This document shows, in pieces, positions 54,601-64,000 of a stretch of 64,000 bases of DNA. Within the stretch, counting starts at the first letter, position 1. Every line of letters starts with the position of its first letter. Origin of the DNA: Candidatus Nomurabacteria bacterium (lineage in GTDB: Bacteria; Patescibacteriota; Minisyncoccia; Phycocordibacterales; UBA9973); the NCBI GenBank assembly GCA_021413905.1, contig JAIOPO010000005.1:2027-66026 (forward strand), read 5' to 3'. The notes under the pieces were generated by a model that had not been told where the DNA came from, did not search any database, and saw nothing but the letters and a program-made list of their open reading frames with translations. The translations under genes were made by a program, and so were the position numbers.

Positions 54601-54601
54601 T

Positions 54602-55189
54602 TTAATTTTTTAACCAATAAGTTTTAATTTTAAAACCATACTTATAAGAACTTGAAGATTGATTTGAATTCAAACCATTACCAGAATCTGAAGTAAATTG
54701 GACAGAAGAAATGTCTACAATTCTTAAATTATTTTCCAAATCTTTTATAAAATTTAAAAAATTACTATAAGTACCTTGGGTGGAAAACTCTAAATTCCAT
54801 ACTCCATATTCTTTATTTGATTGAGTATTGACTCCACCTTTTATACTGACAGCTGTGGCATCCGCACCAGTAGTATCATATTTTACATCTTTCAACACCA
54901 TTCCATACGGAGATGCTATTTTTTCTATTTCTAAAATCAAACGAATATTATCCACATTGTCAGGTAAAAATTTCTGCAATTTATCTAAAGTATCTGGAGT
55001 AATTTCATTATATTTTTGAGTAAGTTTATCTCTTTCTGATTCTAAAACTTTAGAGTTACTCAATGCTTCATCATAAGCAACAACATTTTTTTTCAAAGAA
55101 GAAACTTCTTTGAAAAGTGGATCTGTAAACATGAAGAAACCTCCTACAGATACTCCTATTAAAATTATTGGTGTAATAAATCTGAACAT
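54602..55189 (-). CDS. pilO: PilO-like pilus assembly protein
   Basis: An N-terminal TM segment is followed by a coiled coil, in the position and topology expected of PilO. Confidence 0.5.
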   Translation of the reverse strand: MFRFITPIILIGVSVGGFFMFTDPLFKEVSSLKKNVVAYDEALSNSKVLESERDKLTQKYNEITPDTLDKLQKFLPDNVDNIRLILEIEKIASPYGMVLKDVKYDTTGADATAVSIKGGVNTQSNKEYGVWNLEFSTQGTYSNFLNFIKDLENNLRIVDISSVQFTSDSGNGLNSNQSSSSYKYGFKIKTYWLKN

Positions 55190-55192
55190 AAA

Positions 55193-55795
55193 TTAATTTT
55201 GAGTTGTATTTTTAATCATCTGTTTATAATTTAACAATGTAGGATCCACCGAAAAATCTAAATCAAATAAAACATTACCTTTATCATCCAAAGAAAGATT
55301 TGAAAAAACAGGATCAATAATCATTTTATTTTTACTAAATAAATCAGACTGTAAAGCAATAGAGCGATATCCTAATGCTTGTCCGCTCATTTTTACGCTT
55401 ATTTTTGATTTTTTATCATCACCAGCAGAGTAACTAAATTTTGTATAACGTACATTTTTTAGAGTTGACTGTGAAAGTATTTCAAAAATTGGTGAAATAG
55501 AAACATGATTTGCTAAAATTTCCTTAGAAGCATTTAACCTTTTGTCTAGAATTTGAAGTTGATTTATTTTTTGTGGTTCAAAACGATTTTTAGCCAAGAT
55601 TAAATCATTTTGCATTTTAGTAATATTGGTTTGCAACATACCTTTATAGAAATAAAGACCAGCTGAAGCTAAAATAATTATAAAAAATACAAACAAAGAT
55701 AAAACAGTAAAAATACCAATAGGACGAGAAGAAGCGGAACGCTCTTCAATCATTGGTTTCTTTGGTATAAATGATGTTTGAAAATTTTGATCCAT
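55193..55795 (-). CDS. pilN: PilN-like pilus assembly protein
   Basis: A short cytoplasmic N-terminus, a TM segment and a coiled coil, encoded directly downstream of pilM. Confidence 0.55.
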   Translation of the reverse strand: MDQNFQTSFIPKKPMIEERSASSRPIGIFTVLSLFVFFIIILASAGLYFYKGMLQTNITKMQNDLILAKNRFEPQKINQLQILDKRLNASKEILANHVSISPIFEILSQSTLKNVRYTKFSYSAGDDKKSKISVKMSGQALGYRSIALQSDLFSKNKMIIDPVFSNLSLDDKGNVLFDLDFSVDPTLLNYKQMIKNTTQN

Positions 55796-55815
55796 TTATT
55801 TTTTTATTATCTCAT

Positions 55816-56943
55816 TTATTGTAATTTTCGTAAAGCTAAACCTAATGCAATTGCAAATTCAGGACCTGTAACTTCTAAAACTTTTTCTAAAAAAGCCGGT
55901 GCTTTGATTTTAGAAAAAGGATGACCTGTAACCACATCCATTCTAAAATTACTCGTAGCAACTTCAGCAACACCTTTTAATAGAGAACCACCGCCAGTCA
56001 GAATAACTTTACTGATAGTTCGATCGTACTTCTTCTCATATCCTAATAATACATTATTTGTTTCTGAAAAGATATAGTCAATGTGTGTTTTTATAATATC
56101 TGTTAAATTTTGTTCTGAAGGATTACCAAAAAGACCGTATTCTTTCTTCATTTCTTCTGCTTTTGAAAAAGGAATACTTAAAGTTTTAGAAATTGATTCT
56201 GTAATATCTGCCCCTCCTCTATTTATAGTATGAAAACTGCGAACAGCTCCGAATTCTACTATGGATAATTTGGTACGAGATGCACCCAAATCCATCAACA
56301 AAACAGGAGAAAGTTCATGATCAAAATTTGCACGAATAGAAGAAAAAATTTCAACTTCAAAAAAATCTGATTTTAAATTTAATTGATTTACAAGAGAACG
56401 ATATTTTGAAATAGCATCATTTTGTATAGCAACGACCAATACTTCTTTTTTCTGCAAAGATGAATCCGCAACATCAAGATTATTTGCCTCTTCAAAAGAA
56501 GATTCTTTTTTAGGAAACAAAAAGTAATCCAAAGAAACTTCATTGATAGGTAATGGAATATATTTACGAGCTTCATTTGGTACGATAGACGGGATCTCAT
56601 TTTCTTTCACTTGGCCAGGTAATTCAATACTGAATATCAAACTTGATTGTGCTGGTATAGCAAAAGCAGATGAAGTAGTAACTACGCCTGATTGTTTTAA
56701 AACTTCTTTTAACGCTTCGAAAATCTTTTCAATAGGTAAATTGGTAACGCGTCCTATATCAGTATCTGCATATGGACCTAAAGCTATTGCGCCATATGTT
56801 TCAAGAACCGCTTTTCCTTCTTTTTTCTTTATTTCAACAACTTTAATAGAAGAAGAACCGATGTCTATGCCGACAGCGCTATTAACAGAAGAACTATTAA
56901 ATATACTAATATTTCCAAATAAATTTTTAAACGGATTATCCAT
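55816..56943 (-). CDS. pilM: Type IV pilus assembly ATPase-like protein PilM (actin fold); the start is taken at the internal Met to avoid comFC overlap
   Basis: VGIDIGSSSIKVVEI is an actin-like phosphate-1 motif, and the FtsA/PilM fold is colinear. The ORF track extends to 57048. Confidence 0.75.
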   Translation of the reverse strand: MDNPFKNLFGNISIFNSSSVNSAVGIDIGSSSIKVVEIKKKEGKAVLETYGAIALGPYADTDIGRVTNLPIEKIFEALKEVLKQSGVVTTSSAFAIPAQSSLIFSIELPGQVKENEIPSIVPNEARKYIPLPINEVSLDYFLFPKKESSFEEANNLDVADSSLQKKEVLVVAIQNDAISKYRSLVNQLNLKSDFFEVEIFSSIRANFDHELSPVLLMDLGASRTKLSIVEFGAVRSFHTINRGGADITESISKTLSIPFSKAEEMKKEYGLFGNPSEQNLTDIIKTHIDYIFSETNNVLLGYEKKYDRTISKVILTGGGSLLKGVAEVATSNFRMDVVTGHPFSKIKAPAFLEKVLEVTGPEFAIALGLALRKLQ

Positions 56944-56977
56944 AATTTTATGATAAAATACTTTATAAGTATAGCAT

Positions 56978-57646
56978 ATGAATATATTAGAAACTATATT
57001 AAATATAATTTTCCCTGTGAATTGTGAGATTTGTGGAAAAAATGACACAGATTTTTGTCTTGATTGTTTAATTTTGGCACCAGAAGCTGAACGAGAAAAT
57101 GCAAAATGGATATTTTCAATGTTTGACTATCGTCATCCGCCCATCAAAAAATCAATTTGGCTTTTAAAATACAAAAATAAAAAACGTCTTGCTAAAATAT
57201 TTGCAGAAGTTTTATACGGCAGAATATTGGAAGAATTGGCAGATTTGTTTGTATTTGAAAATTTTAATAATCCTATTTTAATTCCCATTCCCCTTGCACC
57301 AAAACGAAAAAGAGAAAGAGGTTATAATCAAACAGAACTCATTTGTGAAAATTTAATAAAAATTGATGCAAAAAATTCTACAAAACAAAATGCAAATTTC
57401 ACATTTGAAAAAAATATTTTAATAAAACCCAAAGACACTGAACACCAAGCTCGCATTAAAAACAGAAACAAAAGACTGAAAAATCTTAAAAATTCTTTTA
57501 TGATTAAAAATCCGGAAAAAATAAAAGGTAGAAATATAATTCTCATAGATGATGTCACTACGACAGGTGCCACCTTGGATGAAGCTCGTAAAACTCTTAA
57601 AAAATACGGTGCCAAAAAAATCTTTGCTTTTACTATAGCGCACTAA
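56978..57646 (+). CDS. comFC: ComF family protein (ComFC-like phosphoribosyltransferase-domain competence protein)
   Basis: An N-terminal 4-Cys zinc finger (CEICGK...C..C) is followed by a C-terminal PRTase motif IILIDDVTTTGATL. Confidence 0.75.
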   Translation: MNILETILNIIFPVNCEICGKNDTDFCLDCLILAPEAERENAKWIFSMFDYRHPPIKKSIWLLKYKNKKRLAKIFAEVLYGRILEELADLFVFENFNNPILIPIPLAPKRKRERGYNQTELICENLIKIDAKNSTKQNANFTFEKNILIKPKDTEHQARIKNRNKRLKNLKNSFMIKNPEKIKGRNIILIDDVTTTGATLDEARKTLKKYGAKKIFAFTIAH

Positions 57647-57686
57647 AAAACATTAATAAACTCTAATTTTATGTTAAAATAAAAAA

Positions 57687-59507
57687 ATGAAAAATTTTAT
57701 AGAAAAATATGGAATAGCTATTTTGGTGTTGATTGGTTTGTTTTGTCAGGGTATTTTTCATTTATTACACAATGTATCAATGGGAAATTATATTGCAATA
57801 ATCGTCGCAATTATCGCATTATTACCCACAATATTTAAAATAATTTCTGATATTGTCGCAGGTTCATTTGGTGTAGATGTCATAGCTCTTGTGGGTATCA
57901 TAGCTTCCCTTTTGCTCGGTGAATATACAGCAGGACTCATAATATTATTGATGCTTTCAGGCGGAGAAGTTTTAGAAAGATACGCCCTATCAAAAGCTCA
58001 AGACGGAATATCACATTTGATAAAAGAAAATCCAACACAAGCGAATGTGATTGACGGAGAAAAAGAATATATATTGCCTATTAATGAAGTAATGGTCGGC
58101 ACTTTAATCTTGGTTAAACAACATGAATTAATTCCTTTGGACGGAATAGTCATCAAAGGTGAATCTTTGGTAGATGAAGCAAAAATCACAGGAGAAAGTG
58201 TGCCGGTTAAAAAAACAAAAGATTCATTGGTCATGAGTGGAAGCATCAATACAGGATCCCCTTTATATATACAAACTACAAAAAGAGACACGGAAAGTAC
58301 TTATCAAAATATTATTTATTTGGTTGAAAAAGCGCAAAAAATAAAACCGAATTTTATTCGTATGGCGGACAGATATAGTGTAGTATTTACGATTATTACT
58401 TTTATAATGGCTTTCGGTGCATATTTTTTTACCGGTGAATGGATCAATGCTTTATTGGTATTGGTGGTGGCTACTCCTTGCCCGCTCATTCTCGCAGCAC
58501 CGACAGCATTTGCTTCCGGTATCAGCATGCTCGCGAAATATGGCGTAATAGTGCAAAATCCAGACGCATTGGAACGTCTTTCAAAAGCGGAAGTTTTTCT
58601 TTTTGATAAAACAGGCACACTCACCTATGGGACACCTAAAGTGCATAAAATAGAAATATTCGATAGTAAATACTCCGAAGAAGAATTGATGAAAATGCTT
58701 TTTTCAATTGAAAAATTTTCTACACATATACTATCCGACTCTGTGACAAATTATGCAAAAGAAAAAAATATAAATTCTTATGAAATTGAAGATTTTTGTG
58801 AAAATTTAGGTGAAGGCGTTTGCGGAAAAATAAATAATAAATTTATAAAATGCGGAAAATACACTTTTGTGCAAAATGATTTGAATGCAATAGAAAAAGA
58901 GCGTGAAGATGATTCTATGTATGTATACATATCCATGGATGGCTCTGTCTTGGGCAGAATTTCTTTTTTAGATGAAGTCAGACCAAGCATGAAAAATTTT
59001 ATCGTAAAATTAAAAAATATGGCGCCAATAGTCGCCCTTGTGTCCGGAGACAAAAAGAAAAGAGCAGAAAAAATAGCAAACCTTGTAGGTATAGATATTG
59101 TTGAATCAGATTGTTCTCCGGAAGACAAAGTTAAAATAGTAGAGAAATATTTAAAAATACATCATGGTGTGGTGATGGTCGGAGATGGTATCAACGATGC
59201 TCCGGCTTTGGTACGCTCTGATGTGGGTATTGTCATGAGTTCAGGCAGTAACAATGTAGCGACATCAAATGGCAGTATGGTTATCACAGGAGATAATCCG
59301 GAAGTAATCTTGCAAGCGATAAATATAACAAAAAGAACATTGTATATAGCACAACAATCCATATTCGTCGGACTCGGGCTTAGTATTATTTTAATGTTCT
59401 GCGGAGCGTTTAAATTATATACTCCCGTCCAAGGCGCATTGATGCAAGAAATAATCGATGTGATAGTTATAGTCAATGCATTACGCGTACGAACTATAAA
59501 AAATTAA
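57687..59507 (+). CDS. P-type ATPase, P1B-like, with a PCP transmembrane motif and no N-terminal metal-binding domain
   Basis: TGES, DKTGTLT and GDGINDAPAL are present. TM6 carries ATPCPLILAAP (PCP). The 606-aa length is short, with about 6 TM segments. Confidence 0.8.
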   Translation: MKNFIEKYGIAILVLIGLFCQGIFHLLHNVSMGNYIAIIVAIIALLPTIFKIISDIVAGSFGVDVIALVGIIASLLLGEYTAGLIILLMLSGGEVLERYALSKAQDGISHLIKENPTQANVIDGEKEYILPINEVMVGTLILVKQHELIPLDGIVIKGESLVDEAKITGESVPVKKTKDSLVMSGSINTGSPLYIQTTKRDTESTYQNIIYLVEKAQKIKPNFIRMADRYSVVFTIITFIMAFGAYFFTGEWINALLVLVVATPCPLILAAPTAFASGISMLAKYGVIVQNPDALERLSKAEVFLFDKTGTLTYGTPKVHKIEIFDSKYSEEELMKMLFSIEKFSTHILSDSVTNYAKEKNINSYEIEDFCENLGEGVCGKINNKFIKCGKYTFVQNDLNAIEKEREDDSMYVYISMDGSVLGRISFLDEVRPSMKNFIVKLKNMAPIVALVSGDKKKRAEKIANLVGIDIVESDCSPEDKVKIVEKYLKIHHGVVMVGDGINDAPALVRSDVGIVMSSGSNNVATSNGSMVITGDNPEVILQAINITKRTLYIAQQSIFVGLGLSIILMFCGAFKLYTPVQGALMQEIIDVIVIVNALRVRTIKN

Positions 59508-59511
59508 TTTG

Positions 59512-59596
59512 CGGAGGCGGTGAGATTCGAACTCACGGTCCGGTAAGGGACGACGGTTTAGTAAACCGTTGATTTAAACCACTCATCCACGCCTCC
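59512..59596 (-). tRNA. Type II (Ser-like) tRNA whose anticodon reads ACU
   Basis: On the minus strand the acceptor stem is GGAGGCG/CGCCTCC with G73. The D-loop has GG, the anticodon stem ACGGT/ACCGT carries loop TTACTAA (positions 34-36 = ACT), a long variable arm is present, and the T-arm is GTGAG-TTCGAAT-CTCAC. Confidence 0.7.
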
Positions 59597-59768
59597 TTCG
59601 TTTGATATCCACACCAACGTAGATAACATATATATCTTATACTCTATTTTTTTAGAGTCAAATTTATTTTTTTAAAAAATGGAAAAAATACATAAATATG
59701 CTAAAGTGTTTAATGTAAGTTGAATAAATGGAGCCGTGTGTTATTGGTTTTTAAGTTAGTATAATTAT

Positions 59769-59857
59769 GGAGCCGTGTCAGAGCGGTCTAACGTACCTCT
59801 TTGCTAAAGAGGCAGGGGCTTCAAAACCCCTCGACGGTTCGAATCCGTCCGGCTCCG
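59769..59857 (+). tRNA. tRNA-Ser (anticodon GCU), type II
   Basis: The acceptor stem is GGAGCCG/CGGCTCC with G73, the anticodon loop is TTGCTAA, a long variable arm is present, and the T-arm is GGTTCGAATCC. A TATAAT lies 4 nt upstream. Confidence 0.85.
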
Positions 59858-59892
59858 CAACAAATCGAAATCCAAATCTGCGCGAGAAATAT

Positions 59893-61050
59893 TTATTTAT
59901 ATTTCTGTATAACTTCAGAAACAATTTTTACTACATTTTTATCAAGCATTGATGGCAAGATTTTATTTACAGACAAATCTGTTACAGAGTCCGCAAGAGC
60001 TTCTGCAATATCCAAAAACATTTCAGTTTTAAATTGCGGAATATTATTTTCAAGCATTCCTTTAAAAGCTCCAGGGAAAACAAGAGAATTATTTAATTGA
60101 TTTTGAAAATCACTGCGTCCTGTGGCTACGATAAACGCGCCAGCTTCATATGCTTCGTCAGGCATTATCTCCGGTGTCGGATTTGCCAAAGCAAAAATTA
60201 TCGGCTTCTCTGCCATAGAGCGCACCATCTCCCCCGTCAAAAGACCCGGCTTGGAAAGACCAATAAATACATTTGCATTTTTTACAGCATCAGCCAAACC
60301 TCCTTTTTCCATATGAGCATTACTCATCTCCAATAATTCTTTTTTTTCTTTTGTCAGATCTGTTCTTTCAGAATGAATAATGCCATGACTGTCGCAATAA
60401 ATAATATTTTTTATTCCATACATTATCAAAAGTCGTGCAGTCGCCACACCCGCTGCACCGATGCCATTTATTACTATTTTTACATCTTCTTTTTTAATGC
60501 CGGATAATTTCAAAGAATTTATAAGTCCGACCAAGGTGACAGTCCCCGCGCCCCATTGATCATCATGCATCACAGGTATATTCAATTCTTTCCTCAACCT
60601 TTCTTCAATTTCAAAACATCTCGGAGCAGAAATATCTTCCAAGTTTATTCCTCCGAAAACAGGTGCTATTTGTTTTACCGCTTTTATTATTTCTTCCGTG
60701 TCTTGCGTATCGAGACATATTGGAAAAGCATCTACGTCCGCAAATTCTTTAAATATTGCAGCCTTGCCTTCCATCACAGGTATAGATGCAAGTGCACCCA
60801 AATTCCCAAGCCCTAATATCGCAGAACCATCAGAAACGATAGCCACCGTATTTCTTTTCAGAGTATATTCACGAGCGAGAGATGGGTCACGAGCTATTTC
60901 CCTACTGACTTCTGCCACTCCCGGGCTATATGCCAAAGAAAGCACATCCAAAGAATCGAGTTTTATCTTGCTTATAGTCTCAATCTTACCATGATATTTC
61001 GCATGCAATTCCAATGATTTTTTATATAATTCTTCGTGTATTTCAGACAT
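59893..61050 (-). CDS. NAD(P)-dependent malic enzyme (short, MaeB N-domain type)
   Basis: LSLAYSPGVAEVSREI and the dinucleotide-binding motif GIGAAGVA are present. The 385-aa length is typical of small malic enzymes. Confidence 0.8.
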   Translation of the reverse strand: MSEIHEELYKKSLELHAKYHGKIETISKIKLDSLDVLSLAYSPGVAEVSREIARDPSLAREYTLKRNTVAIVSDGSAILGLGNLGALASIPVMEGKAAIFKEFADVDAFPICLDTQDTEEIIKAVKQIAPVFGGINLEDISAPRCFEIEERLRKELNIPVMHDDQWGAGTVTLVGLINSLKLSGIKKEDVKIVINGIGAAGVATARLLIMYGIKNIIYCDSHGIIHSERTDLTKEKKELLEMSNAHMEKGGLADAVKNANVFIGLSKPGLLTGEMVRSMAEKPIIFALANPTPEIMPDEAYEAGAFIVATGRSDFQNQLNNSLVFPGAFKGMLENNIPQFKTEMFLDIAEALADSVTDLSVNKILPSMLDKNVVKIVSEVIQKYK

Positions 61051-61106
61051 ATTTAAAGTATAACAGATTTTATATTATTTTATAATTTTGTTATAATGAA
61101 TTTATT

Positions 61107-61358
61107 ATGGAAAATAAAGTAATAGAAAAAATAGCAAGTGTAAATAAAGATATTAAAAAACAAACTTCCGGTTATATTTTGACGGCTTTTGGTTTAGTAG
61201 TTGGTTTGGCGTGGAATGACGCGATTAAAAATTTAATTGAATTTCTTTTCCCTCTAAATCAAAATTCAATCTTGGCAAAATTCCTCTACGCAATAATTTT
61301 GACAATACTCATCATTCTCGCCGGAAAATACATTTTCAAAAATTCAGAGGAGAAATAA
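61107..61358 (+). CDS. Hypothetical small membrane protein
   Basis: 83 aa with two TM segments. Confidence 0.3.
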   Translation: MENKVIEKIASVNKDIKKQTSGYILTAFGLVVGLAWNDAIKNLIEFLFPLNQNSILAKFLYAIILTILIILAGKYIFKNSEEK

Positions 61359-61360
61359 AT

Positions 61361-62098
61361 TTACTGCGCTAAATTTATAACAATAAATATAAAAGCTACA
61401 CCGAGAATTGTGGCAATAGTTGTCCACTTTGTCGGATGTGCGTGATAGCTCTCAGGCACTAAATCAGACGCACCAATATACAAAAAGAAACCGGCAAATA
61501 AAGCCAATACAAGTCCCAATGTGGATTCTTGCACAGTTATAAAAACAGACAAAATAATTCCGAGGACAGGAGTAAATGCATTCACTAAAAGCCATCGCAT
61601 TGCTTGTTTTTTATTTCCACCAGCTTTGAAAATAGCAGTCACAGTATTTATACCATCTGAGAAATCATGAGCGAGTACTGCCACAGCGACTACTGCACCG
61701 AGCACAGGAGAAACTTTAAATGCTAATCCAATACCAAGTCCATCTAAAAAACTATGAAAAGACAAACTTGAAGCTCTCAAAGTACCCCTATTGGAATGCT
61801 CATGGTTATGTTCAATATTTTCCAAACATGTATTGTCTGTATGAGAATGCAAAACAAACATCCTGTCTAAAATCAAATATAAAATAAAACCCAAAGCCAC
61901 CACTCCTGTCACAAAAAGTATAGGATACATAGAACTTATGTCCAATGCTTCTGGCAACAAATCAAAAAATGCCACACCTATCACAGCTCCAGCAGAAAAA
62001 CCTGTAATCAAATGCGTTTTGTCCTTGAAACGCAAGGAAAAAAAACCTCCTAAAAATGTAAATAATGCCGTAGATATAGCTATTAAAAATAAAGTCAT
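61361..62098 (-). CDS. ZIP-family metal cation transporter (ZupT-like)
   Basis: Polytopic protein with a His-rich loop (HNHEHS) and the ZIP motif HDFSDG in a TM helix. Confidence 0.7.
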   Translation of the reverse strand: MTLFLIAISTALFTFLGGFFSLRFKDKTHLITGFSAGAVIGVAFFDLLPEALDISSMYPILFVTGVVALGFILYLILDRMFVLHSHTDNTCLENIEHNHEHSNRGTLRASSLSFHSFLDGLGIGLAFKVSPVLGAVVAVAVLAHDFSDGINTVTAIFKAGGNKKQAMRWLLVNAFTPVLGIILSVFITVQESTLGLVLALFAGFFLYIGASDLVPESYHAHPTKWTTIATILGVAFIFIVINLAQ

Positions 62099-62163
62099 AA
62101 AGATATTATATAGATAAAAAAGACAATAGACAAATATTCAATTAAAAATGTTATAATAAAAAT

Positions 62164-62916
62164 ATGAATGAAGAAGAGATAAAAAAATTAAAAGAAGAAA
62201 ATGAAAGATTGCGACAACTTTGTGCTATAAAATCTGACATTATTTCTATTAGCGCACATCAGATACGCACATCCCTTTCAGCTTTGAAATGGATAATAAA
62301 AATGTTTCTAGATGGAGATTTAGGTAAAATAACTTTTGAACAAGAAAATCTTTTACGTAAAGCTTATGAAAGCAACGATAGATCCATAAATACCGTCAAT
62401 GATTTATTACTAGCAAATAAGACCGAGAATGTCACTGAGAAAGAATATATTTTTGAATCAGTAAACATGGTAGAAATAATAGAAAAATCAATTTTTGATT
62501 TTTCTGGTGAATCTTACAATAATGGAATTGAAATTATATTTTTAAAACCAAATGAAAAAATACAAGAAGTAAAAGCTGATAAAGAAAAAATTAGAGTTGT
62601 GTTTCAAAACCTTCTAGAAAACGCGATAAAATACAGCAATTATCATGGGAAAATTTTTATCGGAATCAGAATGAATGAAGAAAATTTTATTGAAGTGTCA
62701 GTCAAAGATACAGGAATAGAAATCTCAGAAGAAAACAAATCAAAAATATTTGAAAAATTTTACAGAACTCCGGAAGCACAGAAAAAAGAAGTTGTTGGTT
62801 CTGGCATAGGTCTTTTTACTGTGAAAAAAATAGTCGAAAATCATGGTGGAAAAATATGGTTTAATAGTGAAAAAGGCTCCAGTACAACGTTCTTTTTCAC
62901 AATTCCAATATTTTAA
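62164..62916 (+). CDS. Cytoplasmic sensor histidine kinase (HisKA plus HATPase_c, no TM segments)
   Basis: The H-box is ISAHQIRTSLSAL, the N-box is LLENAIKYS and the G-box is GSGIGL. An N-terminal coiled coil is present. Confidence 0.7.
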   Translation: MNEEEIKKLKEENERLRQLCAIKSDIISISAHQIRTSLSALKWIIKMFLDGDLGKITFEQENLLRKAYESNDRSINTVNDLLLANKTENVTEKEYIFESVNMVEIIEKSIFDFSGESYNNGIEIIFLKPNEKIQEVKADKEKIRVVFQNLLENAIKYSNYHGKIFIGIRMNEENFIEVSVKDTGIEISEENKSKIFEKFYRTPEAQKKEVVGSGIGLFTVKKIVENHGGKIWFNSEKGSSTTFFFTIPIF

Positions 62917-62957
62917 AATGATTTGTTTTTTAAATAACTTAATAGTATAATAAACAT

Positions 62958-63335
62958 ATGGCAAAGAAAATACTTATAATCGAAGATGACAGTTTCCTTC
63001 AAGGACTTGAGGCTACAAAACTTCAAAAAGAAGGATACGATGTAGTAACAGCATTAAACAGCATAGAGGCTTTTAAAGTAATAGATGATAAAAAAGATGA
63101 AATCGATCTTATCCTTCTCGATTTACTTTTACCAGAAGTTGATGGTTTTATGATACTTGAAAAAATTCGTGAAAATAAATCTTTACTTACAATACCCGTC
63201 ATAGTATTTTCAAATCTTTCAGAAGAAAAAGATATTAAACGAGCTCAAAAACTCGGCATAAGTGAGTTCATGGTTAAATCAAATTTTACTTTGGACGAAT
63301 TGGCGAAAAGAATAAAAGATTTGATCGGATTATAG
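62958..63335 (+). CDS. Stand-alone response-regulator receiver domain
   Basis: ILIIEDDSFL...LILLDLLLPEVDGFMILEKI is a REC domain with no output domain (125 aa). Confidence 0.7.
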   Translation: MAKKILIIEDDSFLQGLEATKLQKEGYDVVTALNSIEAFKVIDDKKDEIDLILLDLLLPEVDGFMILEKIRENKSLLTIPVIVFSNLSEEKDIKRAQKLGISEFMVKSNFTLDELAKRIKDLIGL

Positions 63336-63352
63336 CAATATAATGCAATTGC

Positions 63353-64000
63353 AAGATAAACTCGAAATAAAATTTCGATTGGATGAAGCACAGAAAAAAG
63401 CTTTACATAAGCTTAAGATTTTTTCTGTGCATGATTTACTTTTTCATTTTCCTATTAGATATTCAGATATAAGCCAAGTGAAACAAATAACAGAATTAGT
63501 ACCAAATGAAATAGCCACAGTTTACGGCAAAATTTCGAAACTAAAAACCAAAAAATCTTTTAAAACAAAAGTTCCGATGGGAGAAGCTGAAATAGCAGAC
63601 CTTTCAGGTAAAATAAAAATCACTTGGTTTCATCAAGCTTATCTGGCTAAAATGATACACGAAGGTGATACTGTCATGCTCACAGGTAAAGTAAATCAAG
63701 GTAAAAATGGTATCTATTTAGCAAATCCTGAATTTGAAAAAACACCAAATATGCCCATAGATGCACATGATACACTATTTGCCAAAGAAGGCATCAGTAA
63801 TGAGGGTTTTTCTTTTCCTGTATATCCTGAAACAAAAGGAATAACATCAAAATGGTTTTATCATAAAATAGAAAAAATAATCGGAGACAAAACACTCGAC
63901 AATATCACAGATTATATACCACAAGATATATTAAAAAAATACAATTTGCCAAGTTTAAAAACAGCGCTCATTTGGATACACAAACCAAAAGACAAAAAAG
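63353..64000 (+). CDS. recG: ATP-dependent DNA helicase RecG, N-terminal part (continues beyond window end)
   Basis: The translation MQLQDKLEIKFRLDEAQKKALHKLKIFSVHDLLFHFPIRY...GKISK...MLTGKV matches the RecG wedge-domain N-terminus and stays open to position 64000. Confidence 0.7.

Overview
This 64-kb window is AT-rich (about 30% GC by eye) and gene-dense. It looks like a core chromosomal segment of a reduced-genome bacterium, most likely of the Candidate Phyla Radiation/Patescibacteria type; that placement is inference. Most genes are housekeeping: mreB, proS, rpsB-tsf, a contiguous rpoB-rpoC-dnaG-rpoD block, rpsP-KH-trmD, rnr, smc, rnc, rpmF, thrS, gyrB, pheS/pheT, trhO, truB, ligA, malic enzyme, and a partial recG. 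There are four tRNA genes: Thr-UGU, Ser-GGA, Ser-GCU, and a Ser-like type-II tRNA whose anticodon reads ACU. A complete type IV pilus locus spans 45.7-57.0 kb. It carries a pilin-like gene, three pseudopilins, pilD, pilA, pilC, pilT, a CheY-like receiver, pilB, pilO/pilN/pilM and an adjacent comFC; ligA starts immediately downstream of the pilin-like gene. The main observations are as follows. Short GC-rich hairpin-forming elements sit in-frame inside three unrelated genes: a 27-bp perfect palindrome in rnr, and a near-identical 27-nt C-rich/G-rich segment shared by pheT and a helicase-nuclease gene. A small gene for a winged-helix plus Cas2/VapD-like protein is bracketed by two near-identical 35-bp palindromic sites. 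It lies next to a UvrD-like helicase fused to a Cas4/AddB-type Fe-S PD-(D/E)XK nuclease. Two domain fusions are visible: NusB with a Nudix hydrolase, and D-Ala-D-Ala carboxypeptidase with a CapA-like domain. A Cys/His-repeat gene sits between pheS and pheT. Fragments duplicating tRNA ends lie next to tRNA-Thr and tRNA-Ser. ProRS, ThrRS, PheS and PheT lack editing or accessory domains, and SMC appears to lack a hinge. No integrase, transposase, CRISPR array or rRNA was seen.
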